From Bacteroidia bacterium (GTDB lineage Bacteria; Bacteroidota; Bacteroidia; NS11-12g; UBA9320), in assembly GCA_965216465.1 (NCBI GenBank), contig CBDCFW010000006.1, positions 608,001 through 672,000 on the forward strand: DNA of 64,000 nucleotides. Reading direction: 5' to 3'. Made by a program: the position numbers and the translations under genes. The stretch's first letter is position 1. Each line of letters starts with the position of its first letter. Below are positions 40,109 to 50,776 of the stretch, in pieces. The notes under the pieces were generated by a model. The model was not told the origin of the DNA. It made no database searches and was given only the letters and a program-made list of their open reading frames with translations.

Positions 40109-40864
40109 ATGGACCTAATAACCACTGAAAATCAGCTAAATAAAAATCTCCGCACAATTGATCACTATCTTTCTGGTAGTAAGCAGAGCTTTCATGATTA
40201 TGCAATAGCAAGAATAAAAAGAGGGACATGTTTTGTGGTTGAAAAGGTAGGAAATGAATATCGCTTCTATCCAAGCCGATTCATAGGATATAAAAACAAC
40301 AGCATTCGGAATCATAGCATTAATGACTCAAAAGATGGGCGAGAAACAAATAAGGCAATATCCGATCTATTAGGGTCTAGACCACAACCGAATAATGTTC
40401 TAAATGACCTTTACATTACTTATTGCAGCAGACTGGGGTTTACTTCACCAATAAGTGGTTCGTTTGGTGCAAGGAGGAAATTCTGGTTAATAAGTACATT
40501 AGATTTTGATATTGAAGATGCAGAAAGTGATGATGACGAGTTCCCAGAAGGTGGGTTTATAAAAAAGACTCACTTAGCACGGGAACGCGATCCAAAAGTA
40601 GTAGCTGCAGCTAAAAAGAAGTTCAAAGCAAAGAACGGTAAACTATATTGTGAAGTATGTGAGTTTGATTTTGAGAAGAATTACGGATCAATCGGAAAAG
40701 ACTTTATTGAAGCACATCATACTATTCCTGTTTCAATGATGTCTCGTAATCACAAGACAAAAGCATCAGACCTTGCAATGGTATGTTCTAATTGTCATAG
40801 AATGCTTCATAGAAAACGACCATGGTTGTCTATCAATGAATTAAAGTTGATTCTGCGAGACTGA
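40109..40864 (+). CDS. HNH endonuclease, McrA-like
   Basis: FPEG...ERD...CEVCEFDF...IEAHHTIP...VCSNCHRMLH. Confidence 0.9.
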   Translation: MDLITTENQLNKNLRTIDHYLSGSKQSFHDYAIARIKRGTCFVVEKVGNEYRFYPSRFIGYKNNSIRNHSINDSKDGRETNKAISDLLGSRPQPNNVLNDLYITYCSRLGFTSPISGSFGARRKFWLISTLDFDIEDAESDDDEFPEGGFIKKTHLARERDPKVVAAAKKKFKAKNGKLYCEVCEFDFEKNYGSIGKDFIEAHHTIPVSMMSRNHKTKASDLAMVCSNCHRMLHRKRPWLSINELKLILRD

Positions 40865-41022
40865 ATAATCAAATCTACTTAACCTTTATTTATCATAGTC
40901 TTTGTACTTTTTCAGTAAACAGTCTAGATAAGGCTATATATATACAGTCTATTGGCAAAATCCTTCTAAATTGAAGGATTCGACATTCACAAAATTATAA
41001 TAGGCCTTTAATAGTTTGGATA

Positions 41023-43191
41023 CTATAAGTTTTGAATCAAATAAGACCTTATTAAATCAATTCTATCCTCTTGGTCTGTATTACTTAATTGTGGAATTGA
41101 TATACTTATTTCTATATCACCTTCAGAATTAGTAATTGTCCATCTGTCATTCTTCATAGCTAGTTTTTGATTTCCTTCAATTAGATCCAATTCATCACCA
41201 TACTCCTCCAAATTAATCTTTCCTTGCAATTCTGGGGTCTTTGAAATTTCATAGAGAAAAGGATTCCAATGTCGACCATTCAAAGCATGAGGTGTATTCA
41301 TCATATAAACTTCATATTGGTTGTCCTTGATTTTTTCAAGATCATTATACCAATAGTATATTCCACTTTTCCCTGATCTCATTGTTGGGTATTTTATCAT
41401 GTAATATCGCCAATCTTTGATTGTATCTACATGTTCAAGGTGCATCGAGATTAAGGTGTGGATATATTCTCTCATATTGGTTTCATTCTTGCTTAATAGT
41501 TGGAGTAAAACACTTCTTGTCCGATCAAAATGCTTCCTCTTTTTAGATTGTGTAAAGAGCTCCCTCCATGTTGAATCATTATCATTACCAAATAAGAATC
41601 TCCATGAAGCAAGTTGAGAATAATCACCAATAGTTAATAGAGCACGACTTATAGTGAGGAGAGAGTTGGACCGTCTGAATAAATCAATAAAATTCTCAAC
41701 TAACAATTCAAACTTGCCAGGGTCATCAATGCCAATAATGGCAACATTCCCTTGGAGAAGTCTGTGATCTTCAAGTTTATTTAATGTCTCGACTAGATCA
41801 GGGTAATCCCCGCGCCACTTAATTTTATCAAGCTCCTGCTGCTTTTGAATTTCACTGTACCCTTGAGTTTTAAAGCTAATGAATCCATCAACAATAATTT
41901 CCCTTGTATCTGAAAGCAAACCGTTTAATCGAGTTTCACGAATCTCATCCGGCGAGTTAAATATTAGATTTCTTACTACTCTTAGTCGTTCTTTAAACTG
42001 AGCCTCGCTTATTTTATCTTTTAATATTAAATACTGCTGTACAGCGAAAAGCAGCAAGGTATTATTCAGCGAAAACTTCCTTGCCTTTCCGGTAATAATC
42101 CCATAATTATGGCAGCAAAGCGAGAATAGATTCGTTTGTTCTGAAAACAATGCTACTTGACCTACCGTATATCTATCATATGAAAATTGACTATCGAAGA
42201 ACTCACTTATATTCTGAATCTCATGCCAAACATCAAATGACTTAAACAGGGTTTTGAGGTTATCATATGCAGAACTATTATTTGAACCATAGACCAAACT
42301 AGCTAATTCAAAATCATTTTCAAGCACCTCCAATTCCTGCTGATAACAAATCATTTCAGTTACAAAACGGTAGAACTTCATAAATTCATCATCAATGACA
42401 TCATCAGCATCCCTAAAATGCCACAGTGTATCAACCCAGTCGTTATCTACCTTATAGATAAATTCAGAGTGGAGCTCTGTGGATACCTCTTTTATAGTTT
42501 TTTCAAAATCTGCTTTAAAATGCTCAAAAGGAGTTAGGGGCTTCCCACGGGAGTTCATTTTGATGTATAATGAGTCGGAAACTCCCATTCCCTCTAATGG
42601 CAGAAAATAAAAGCTAATGGCTGCATTTTCAGGGTTAATTAACTTTTGCCACAAATTAGTCTTACCATAAAATGTTTCATGAAGCTTGTCTATCATGACT
42701 AACATGGATTTTATAGTTGGGTCCCTCTCCCATGTATACAAGAACCAATTCTGGTCTTTAATCCAATCAGACAAAATATTAACTGACAGATCTGGTGAAC
42801 AATCCACTATCTCATCACAGAAGTGCATAGAGCTGAATCTTGTGCGATATGTAAAATTATGAAGAAAGACACATTCTTCAAGAGGAACATTCTCTTGTTT
42901 TGCAATGTACCAATGCAACAGAAAAAGGGTAGTAAGTCTTTGTTGACCATCTAACGGAATCAACTTGCCGGATTCGATATTTCCATATATAAAATCCAAC
43001 ATTATTGGCTCATCTCCGAGTAGTGCATTTTCAATCGCTCGCACAAATTGATCGCGAATCCTATTTACCTCTTTAGTTTTTCTACCTTGGGCATAGTCTC
43101 TTTGCACCATTGGAATTTCGATAGAATCAATCAACCCACTAGATAAACTGGTTCCAAAGACTTTATAAAATGTGGTTGGGGTTGAATTCAT
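41023..43191 (-). CDS. DUF262 (GmrS/ParB-like) domain protein
   Basis: IPMVQRDYAQGR, LDFIYG, LDGQQRLTTL and YIKMNSRGKPLTPFE motifs; ATG 43191 overlaps the upstream TGA. Confidence 0.88.
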   Translation of the reverse strand: MNSTPTTFYKVFGTSLSSGLIDSIEIPMVQRDYAQGRKTKEVNRIRDQFVRAIENALLGDEPIMLDFIYGNIESGKLIPLDGQQRLTTLFLLHWYIAKQENVPLEECVFLHNFTYRTRFSSMHFCDEIVDCSPDLSVNILSDWIKDQNWFLYTWERDPTIKSMLVMIDKLHETFYGKTNLWQKLINPENAAISFYFLPLEGMGVSDSLYIKMNSRGKPLTPFEHFKADFEKTIKEVSTELHSEFIYKVDNDWVDTLWHFRDADDVIDDEFMKFYRFVTEMICYQQELEVLENDFELASLVYGSNNSSAYDNLKTLFKSFDVWHEIQNISEFFDSQFSYDRYTVGQVALFSEQTNLFSLCCHNYGIITGKARKFSLNNTLLLFAVQQYLILKDKISEAQFKERLRVVRNLIFNSPDEIRETRLNGLLSDTREIIVDGFISFKTQGYSEIQKQQELDKIKWRGDYPDLVETLNKLEDHRLLQGNVAIIGIDDPGKFELLVENFIDLFRRSNSLLTISRALLTIGDYSQLASWRFLFGNDNDSTWRELFTQSKKRKHFDRTRSVLLQLLSKNETNMREYIHTLISMHLEHVDTIKDWRYYMIKYPTMRSGKSGIYYWYNDLEKIKDNQYEVYMMNTPHALNGRHWNPFLYEISKTPELQGKINLEEYGDELDLIEGNQKLAMKNDRWTITNSEGDIEISISIPQLSNTDQEDRIDLIRSYLIQNL

Positions 43192-44241
43192 ATAGTTACG
43201 AGATCTTGGTTTAAATAGTTTAATAAAAGTCCATCTTCTCCAACCATACTGTTGATGTAAGCTTGTCGATCTTGCTCTCCCCAAAACTGAATCTGGTGGT
43301 CTTGGGATTCAGTATAATACTTTAAGAATACCCTTTTAGTACAAATGGGGATATAATCTCCGTTCTTATCCATTTCAATTATCTTATTTCTTTTTACATC
43401 GAATGTTGAGTTGCTCAAAGCAGCGTTGTTAGCAGTACTAAGTAGAGCCATATTGGAGATTGAGTCGATATAGCTCCGATCATCGTTCTCTGAAAGCAAC
43501 TCAAAAACATCATTAAAGATCATGTCAAACTGCTCTTTGGTTACGTTCTCAATGATTTCGTCTATTCTTTTAACTAGTGCTTGTACCTTCTCAGAATCCA
43601 GCGTTGAATTAACAAGTTGTGTTAATGATTGTCTATGCAGATGTAACCACTCTTGCTGATCAACCTGTTTGTTAAGTCCTTCAGACTGCTGTGCATGAAT
43701 ATGCTCCAAACTCCATTTGTTTTTTTTATGCTTGCTAAATGAGTATCTAGTCGTAGAATCATGCAGCCTTCTCACTGTTTCGACATTATGTAACAGCAAG
43801 ATCTTTTCAATCTTCCTTTTGTCTTTGGAGCGATCATAGCTTAATGCCAGCAAGTCCTCCTTTGAAAGGTTTAAGCTTACTCTTATCGATTCATCAAGAC
43901 TTTGCTGAAACTGTGTTTTGGTGAGGGACTTTGAATCTTCTATGATAGACCTCATAGACTTTCCTATTGCCACTAAATAGCCCACTTTATGATATATATC
44001 TCTTTTTTCAAACCATCCTTTTAAAATTAGAAAATAAGCTTGAATTTCTCTCCAGATATCAACCTTGGGTTTTGAATTTGTCTCATCTGAAAAATAGAAA
44101 AATGTAAAGAATTCTTCTCTCTCATGTTCATCCTTATTTGCCATAAGGTTAAAGATTAATTCTATTCTGGTAGCAAATAGTTGTGGTGACTGATTGGTAA
44201 GAAAATACCAAAGTTGATCATCTTGGAGGTCTTGTTCTATT
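43188..44241 (-). pseudogene. 5'-truncated DUF1524 (GmrD/HNH-like) gene, cut by the IS; presumably DUF262-DUF1524 originally
   Basis: Frame stays open upstream of the track ATG (IEQDLQDDQLWYFL...TRIELIF) to the IS end; WSLEHIHAQ and ISNMALLS...N..LSN..F..K motifs. Confidence 0.85.
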
Positions 44242-44329
44242 TGTTTAAAGTCAGCAAAAAGTGAACTATTTAGGTTAAATTAATAAGATAGAGGTTTTAA
44301 TAAATTTATAACCTTTTAAAGAAACCTTA

Positions 44330-44677
44330 ATGGCAAACAAGAAAAGTGCGAGTTCACTAATTAGTGACTTAAAAAGAAAGACAAGAAAGAAGTATTCATC
44401 AGAAGAAAAGATTCACATCATTATTGAAGGCATACGTGGAGAGACCTCCGTTGCTGAATTATGCAGAAAAGAAGGCATCAGCCAGGCGAACTATTACAAG
44501 TGGAGTAAAGACTTCATGGAAGCAGGTAAGCGTCGATTAACAGGCGATACCATGCGAGAAGCCAACACCTCAGAGGTGAAAGACCTAAAGAGGGAGAATC
44601 AGTCTTTAAAGGAGCTTGTAGCAGAGTTATCCTTGAAGAATCGAGAATTGAAAAAAAACTTAAGTGGCGAAGAGTAG
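44330..44677 (+). CDS. IS3-family OrfA (HTH plus leucine zipper)
   Basis: YSSEEK...SVAELCRKEGIS...YYKW...LKRENQSLKELVAEL. Confidence 0.92.
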   Translation: MANKKSASSLISDLKRKTRKKYSSEEKIHIIIEGIRGETSVAELCRKEGISQANYYKWSKDFMEAGKRRLTGDTMREANTSEVKDLKRENQSLKELVAELSLKNRELKKNLSGEE

Positions 44678-44692
44678 AAAGGGAAGAAGTAT

Positions 44693-45667
44693 ATGCATTA
44701 CAGTCAACAAGAGAAGTACGAGCTAATAAGGCTTGTAGAACAATCAGATCTGGGCGTTATACGCACGCTAAGGGAGCTTAAGATTAATAAGACTACTTTC
44801 TACAACTGGTATAGAGCTTATAATGAACTAGGCTTTGAAGGCCTTGCTCGTAAACCTAGTAGAAGAAAAGGCTCATGGAACAGGATTAATGAGCAAGACC
44901 GAGACAAGGTCCTTGAAATAGCATTAGAAAAACCAGAGCTTTCAGCAAGAGAAGTAGCCTGGCATATTACAGACACCTACAGCTATTTCATTAGTGAGTC
45001 TAGTGTATATCGTATTCTTAAAGCTAATGGATTAATCTCCACTCCAGCCTTTAGGATTATGAGTGCATCAGATAGTTTTTACGATAAAACCACTCATGTA
45101 AATCAGATGTGGCAGACAGACTTCACCTACTTTAAAGTCTTTGGTTGGGGATGGTATTACCTCTCCACTGTATTGGATGATTACTCCAGGTTTATTGTTA
45201 ACTGGAAGTTATGTTCTACCATGAAGGCAGAGGATGTAAAAGACACCTTAGATGAGGCTTTATTGGCTTCTGGAGTCTCCGATAATAGCAGACCAAAGCT
45301 ACTATCAGACAACGGCTCTTGTTACATATCAGGCGAACTTGCTGATTATCTTCAAGTTCAAAATATGAAACATGTAAGAGGAAGACCATTACACCCTCAA
45401 ACACAAGGAAAAATAGAACGGTATCACCGATCTATGAAAAACGTAGTGAAGTTAGATAACTATTTTAGTCCAGAACAATTAGAAAGAAAGTTGAAAGAGT
45501 TCGTGGAGTATTACAACTACAAACGCTACCATGAATCCTTAGACAACCTTACACCAGCTGAGGTATATTATGGCAAAGCAGAACAGAAATTGATGCAGAG
45601 AAGTAAAACGAAAACAAGAACGCTTAAAGCAAGAAAAAAACAGTATCAGAAAATTAACTTAAATTAG
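44693..45667 (+). CDS. IS3-family OrfB DDE transposase
   Basis: WQTDFTY, LDDYSR, SDNGSCY, QGKIERYH and YYNYKRYHESL motifs. Confidence 0.95.
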   Translation: MHYSQQEKYELIRLVEQSDLGVIRTLRELKINKTTFYNWYRAYNELGFEGLARKPSRRKGSWNRINEQDRDKVLEIALEKPELSAREVAWHITDTYSYFISESSVYRILKANGLISTPAFRIMSASDSFYDKTTHVNQMWQTDFTYFKVFGWGWYYLSTVLDDYSRFIVNWKLCSTMKAEDVKDTLDEALLASGVSDNSRPKLLSDNGSCYISGELADYLQVQNMKHVRGRPLHPQTQGKIERYHRSMKNVVKLDNYFSPEQLERKLKEFVEYYNYKRYHESLDNLTPAEVYYGKAEQKLMQRSKTKTRTLKARKKQYQKINLN

Positions 45668-45724
45668 TACCAACTCTATCTTAATTTTTTAACTAAAAAG
45701 TTCAGATTTGGTTGACGTCATACA

Positions 45725-47274
45725 CATCATTTTTAGACGAACAGGAGGCAATTGGCTCCCCTTTCCCTTTAAAGGAAAACGACAATAAAAGTTTTCAAGG
45801 AAGCATAATTCTAGGGATGGGATTTGTCCTTGAAAAAGATGAAGCAAGCAAACTCCTAGAAGTCGATGAAAATCTACAGGTTATAAAGGAATACCTCAAC
45901 GGGAGTGATCTCAATAGCAATCCGGATCAATCTGCGTCTAGATATGTTATTAATTTCTATGACTGGTCTGAAGAAAAGGCTGCGAATTATTCGCAAGTGT
46001 ATTCAATAGTTTTAGATAAAGTAAAGCCAGAACGTCAGAGATGGAAAAAGGATAAGCAAGGAAATGATTTGGTTGGAGTATATGCCTTGCGTAAACCTCT
46101 CCCAGAAAAATGGTGGCAACATGCAGAGAGGCGTCCTGCTTTATATAAAGCTTTAGAGACTAAAAACCGTGTGCTTGTTTCCTGTCGAGTGTCGAAATAT
46201 GTAAATCAATCTTTTGTTGAAGTTGGACCAATTTTTGACGTTGCAACCACAGTTGTTATCCGAGATACATGGTATGAGTATGCAGCCCTGCAGAGTTCGT
46301 TACACGATCATTGGGCATGGAAATATGCCTCGACACTTGAGTCTAGGATACGATATGTCAATGTTGATTGTATTGACACATTCCCATTACCTGAAGGTTT
46401 AATTGATGTATTAAAAAAGTCAGGTGAAGATTATCACGAGCTTAGATCCAAAATAATGCTGACATGTAAGCTAGGATTGACCAAAATCTATAATCAGTTC
46501 CATAATCCCAAACTTATCGTTCAAGTGTTAGACTTATCGAGTCAAGACTTTCAAAAGAGATACGGAAAGGAAACTTGGAACCTTTATAACCATTTAGAAA
46601 TCAAAAGAGAAGGTGATATTTCATATGAAGAAGCTGTTCCTCTGATTTCAAAATTGCGTGATCTTCATAAAGAGATGGACGAAGCCGTGCTGACTGCCTA
46701 TGGCTGGCACGAAACCTCTGAAAAATGGGGCAAAGCGATTCAACTCCGCCATGATTTCTATGAAGTAGATTACCTGCCCGAGAATGATCGAGTGCGCTAT
46801 ACTATACACCCGGATGCGAGAAAAGAAGTTCTCAAACGTCTATTACTTCTCAACCATGAACGGTTTGAGGAAGAGATTGCTAAAGGTCTACATAAAAAGA
46901 AAGATGTTATGGCCTATTACGAGCAAAAAGGAAAACCTATCCCAAATGGGACAACGTATAGTGATAGCAAAGGTGCAACCAAAAAACGTGTACCAAGAAA
47001 ATCTAAAACGGCTAATGAGCCTAAAACCCAATATGGTCTGTTTGGAGAAGATAATCAAGTCATTAACAATGATTCCAAGGTCACTCTTGAAAACAATGAT
47101 GGCAATTCCTTTAAATACCACATTCTGAAAAATGCCGTGAAAGGACAGTTTACAGGAGATTATAAACAGATCAGTTTGGATTCTGGCTTTGCCATCGCTA
47201 TGCAAGGAAAGAAAGTGGGAGATGAACTGGAGTTTGGAGGTGTGACCTATTCAGTAAAGGAGGTAATATCATGA
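45725..47274 (+). pseudogene. 5'-truncated type IIG/IIL-like (MmeI/Eco57I/DrmMI-like) RM protein: TRD and C-terminal part, with a GreA/B-like tail
   Basis: VKPER, WWQH..RP, STLE.RIRY...DTFP and HKEMDEAV..AYGW motifs; no methyltransferase motifs; the track start TTG lies inside the IS IR. Confidence 0.8.
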
Positions 47275-47843
47275 GCAACTCAGTCATTGTCTTAGGTTGG
47301 GGATCGCTTATTTGGGATCCTAAAGAGTTGAAACTAAAAGCACAATCGGAATGGCAAGAAGATGGGCCACGTTTACCAATCGAGTTTGCTCGGATCTCAA
47401 GTCGAGATAGACTTACTCTTGTTCGCAAAATGGACGCTGAACCCGTTCAAGTTCTATGGCATGAAATGGATCCAGAATTGACGTTAGATGAAGCTGTTGA
47501 GGACCTTAGAATCCGCGAAGGATGTCCGAGTCAAGAACGTATCGGTTTTATCGACTTAGGTGCTAATACACAGAGAAGTTGGGACCCGGAATTTGCAGTT
47601 ACTATCACCAATTGGGCCAAAGAAAAAGGGATTGATAAAGTTATTTGGACAGATCTTGGAGTGAAATTCAAAGGGGTAACAGGAGAAGACTTTTCACCGG
47701 ATAGCGCAATTGCTTACCTCAGCGGATTAAAAGACAGTTCAAATGCAAAAGAATATGTAGAGAAAGCACCTCCTCAAATACAAACGGTAGTGAGAAATAA
47801 AATTAGAGAAGAACTAAAGTGGGGCTATGAGCCTACCACTTAA
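47271..47843 (+). CDS. Gamma-glutamylcyclotransferase-like fold protein
   Basis: N-terminal LGWGSLIW resembles the GGCT/ChaC GYGSL.W loop; also GP.LPIEFAR and L..REG; ATGA overlap with the upstream gene. Confidence 0.6.
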   Translation: MSNSVIVLGWGSLIWDPKELKLKAQSEWQEDGPRLPIEFARISSRDRLTLVRKMDAEPVQVLWHEMDPELTLDEAVEDLRIREGCPSQERIGFIDLGANTQRSWDPEFAVTITNWAKEKGIDKVIWTDLGVKFKGVTGEDFSPDSAIAYLSGLKDSSNAKEYVEKAPPQIQTVVRNKIREELKWGYEPTT

Positions 47844-47898
47844 ACAAAGTCAAAATAATCTAGTACACATGATAAACAAGAAGTAAACCTTATCCTAT

Positions 47899-50620
47899 AT
47901 GCACATTTCCAATCTTCACATTTTTGATAGAGATACAGATGCCAATGAACAACTTCTGGGTTACAAGTTTCAGGAACTAAAAACGCTCGAAACATGGTTG
48001 CGCAACAAAGTCAATGGAATCGATGAGGAAATCTATTGTGAAGTTGAAGAAGATATTCTGCAAAGAGATTTTGAGGGACAATCGGCAACCTTTCGTCAGG
48101 TTAAGTTATACTCCAGTAAAGCATTCTCATTCACATCTGTTGAAATTAAAAAGGCCCTCTTTAACTTTCTAATGCACTTTGCGAACAAGGATTTCCTCTT
48201 CGATGAAGTAGTATTTTCGTTTGAAACAAATACTTCCTTAGCAAGGGAATATGCAGAAAATTCCGCAAAGCTCTTAGGTGAATGGATCGAAAACCAAGGA
48301 ACTTTGAGCGATGATCTTATGAATCGTTGCATAGAGAAGGTCAAAGAAATTACAGGAGATTACATAAGTAAGAGATATGAAGCACTAATCTTAAAAGATG
48401 AGACCAAAGAAGAAGCTGAAACTGCCAAAAGAACTTTTGACGAATTACCACAAGAGATATGGAGGAACTTTGTAAAAGCAATTCGATGGGAATTCACTGA
48501 AGAAACATCTGAAAATTCAGTTATTCAAGTTAAAGAGAACATCGAACGACTAATCGGCGAGCTGGCCTTCCCAATTTCACAAGAACAAAGCGACAACATA
48601 TTTGCTAGACTTCAGCAGGAAGTGGGCAATCGCTCTGTTGGTGCAGATCCAAAAGAACGATGTCTTACAAATAGATTAATGGATGGTATTCTCCTTAGCA
48701 TGGGCGGTAAAGAAGATAATTGGTATCTAGAGACGTTAGAACGCTGGGAGTCTATTGACACGAAGATAAAATTCACTGTTGGTCTATTCTATCAAGTCAA
48801 ACATGCTGCTCGTCACTGCCGACAAAGTGGTTATCTCGAGGAACACGGTGATATTTGGTTGAAACAGCTGTCCGGATTTATCAATTCTGACGATATTTTA
48901 CCTAAGTGCCGACGAGAAGGAATCTATGAATTCATATGGGTCACCCTCATGCCAAGAATTGAAATCGAGACTACTTCGGCGTCTTTAAATAATGTCAATG
49001 GGCTCGAAGATCTTCTACGGGAGTACTTCGTAGACCTTGAATTATATACTGATCATCTTGCAATTGAAGATTGTCTGAATTTGCTCACCCTTATTGCATC
49101 TCACCAGCAAATGGGCTTTAATGAACTAAAAAAGTGAAGAGATCATTGATTGGTCAAATCGACTTCAGAAACTAATTCAGAGTCAACTGGATACGGAAAA
49201 AAACCCAAACATCCTGTGCCATCTAACTGAACTATTTGCATTCTTATTGCTGCAGAAGAAAATTCTAAATATTGAATCAATTGATATTGATCGAATAATT
49301 ACAGAATTGGGAAAAATCCCTTCAATGGTTGATTCAGCTCCGTTGTACCCAGTTTCGCACTTAGCAACTAGAATTGAAGAAGTAGCGAAAATGTATTTAA
49401 GCATGGATGCTGAGTCTGAAGAAGGTAAAGCATTAGATAGTTTTCTAGAAGAAATTGTCGATATAGCTGAAATTAGGGAGGAAGGCTTTGATAGAGCAAA
49501 AAGATATATTCGAAAAGGGGCTAAATTAATCAGGCCAGATGGATCTGTTTCTTCATACAAAGCTTTGGATTACTTTCACCAGGCAACCAGTCTATATCTA
49601 CACGATGAATCAATTGAGGGGTACGTTTTAGGGCTAATCAATATTGCTCAACTATATAGCACTAGAACTATGAACCTTGCTGCTAAACAACAATGTCTTT
49701 CAGGCATGATTACTTGCCTCCAGCATGGTGAAAACAAGCTATTGAAAAGGATTGCAGACTCTGCTGCTACAATGCTGCATATTGACTTCCAACAAGGAGC
49801 TTGGATTACTGCTTTCCATGATTTTCTGTTATTCTCTCAATGGAGAACTGAACTTGACTCTAGCCCACTTGATATGGAGAAGGATGACCTATTGAGAAAG
49901 TCAATTGGAAAAATTGCAATTGCACTCCACTTAGCACTACAAATAAGTCCGCAGTTATCAGCTTTCATTTCATATATGACTGGTAAGGTATCAGATCATT
50001 TTCGACCATCATTAGATGCAGCGCTTTCTACTTTATCGGAGGGTTTTGAACCAACCTCAATACCTGCATTTCTGCGAAGTAACCTGTCGGATATCGTTCT
50101 TGGAGATATAGGACCAAGGAGAACAATCTGCTGGAAAAATTGTAATGTGGAATGGAAACTTATGTTCGATAATGACTATATGACTAACTCGTGCGCGGAA
50201 GAGTTTTGCGCAGCCATTCAAATCCTTCTTACAGAAATAGAATTAAGGAATCCAGACATACCATTTACTGCAAACCATCTTGAGATTGAACTAATTGCTG
50301 GTACTTCTTCAACTTCACCAGAAGAAATAGTCTCGGGCGAATCATCTAAGTGGACGATTACTGCACCGATCATTGAGAAACCTACCGATGAAGAAGCTCT
50401 ATTACATCAGAATTTCCTATTCGACAGCATTCGAATTATTCTTAGTTCAGTATGCAAATTGCCTTCTTCAGAGTTTGATGAAATCTATCAAACTGTCATC
50501 AAAAAGAGGGATCTCATATTCCCTTCTCCTAAGAACGCATACCAGGTTATGTTTCGGCTAATCTATTCAGAGGACAGTTTCAATCAATACATGCGATCCC
50601 AGTTTAATCCTATCAGTTGA
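47899..50620 (+). pseudogene. Cap4/DUF4297-like nuclease with a long helical (TPR-like) region, split by a +1 frameshift at 49128-49133
   Basis: N-terminal GYKFQ...CEVEEDI...QVK; the second frame is open from the A6 run to 50620; removing one A gives a single ~906-aa ORF. Confidence 0.7.
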
Positions 50621-50776
50621 GAGATCAGTACGTAACCAGTTACAAGGAGAGTTTGGGTGCAACTCTAGACTATACTAGTTGCTTAAAACCTCCTCCAACC
50701 TTACTGAAACATTGTCAAAATGGTCACATAACGAACACATTAATTAAAGTATTTATCCCTGAAAAAAATTAATTCC

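Larger units (their letters stand above)
44242..45724 (+). mobile_element. IS3-family insertion sequence, 1483 bp
   Basis: TG...CA ends; ~50-bp imperfect IRs (TGTTTAAAGTCAGCAAAAAGTGAACT... vs reverse complement TGTATGACGTCAACCAAATCTGAACT...); no target duplication. Confidence 0.92.

Noticed and set aside
44651-44659. IS3 -1 slippery site A8C producing OrfAB
   Set aside because: The -1 frame terminates; orfB is in the same frame as orfA
45712-45724. TTG start for an intact 520-aa protein
   Set aside because: The codon lies inside the IS inverted repeat and the methyltransferase motifs are missing
49128-49134. Programmed -1 frameshift at A_AAA_AAG
   Set aside because: The heptamer is in the canonical phase, but the -1 frame stops after about 13 codons; the downstream ORF is in +1
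45725-50620. Complete DISARM, BREX, CBASS or Lamassu system
   Set aside because: No helicase, DUF1998, PglZ, cyclase or SMC genes are in the window; any such partners may have been deleted
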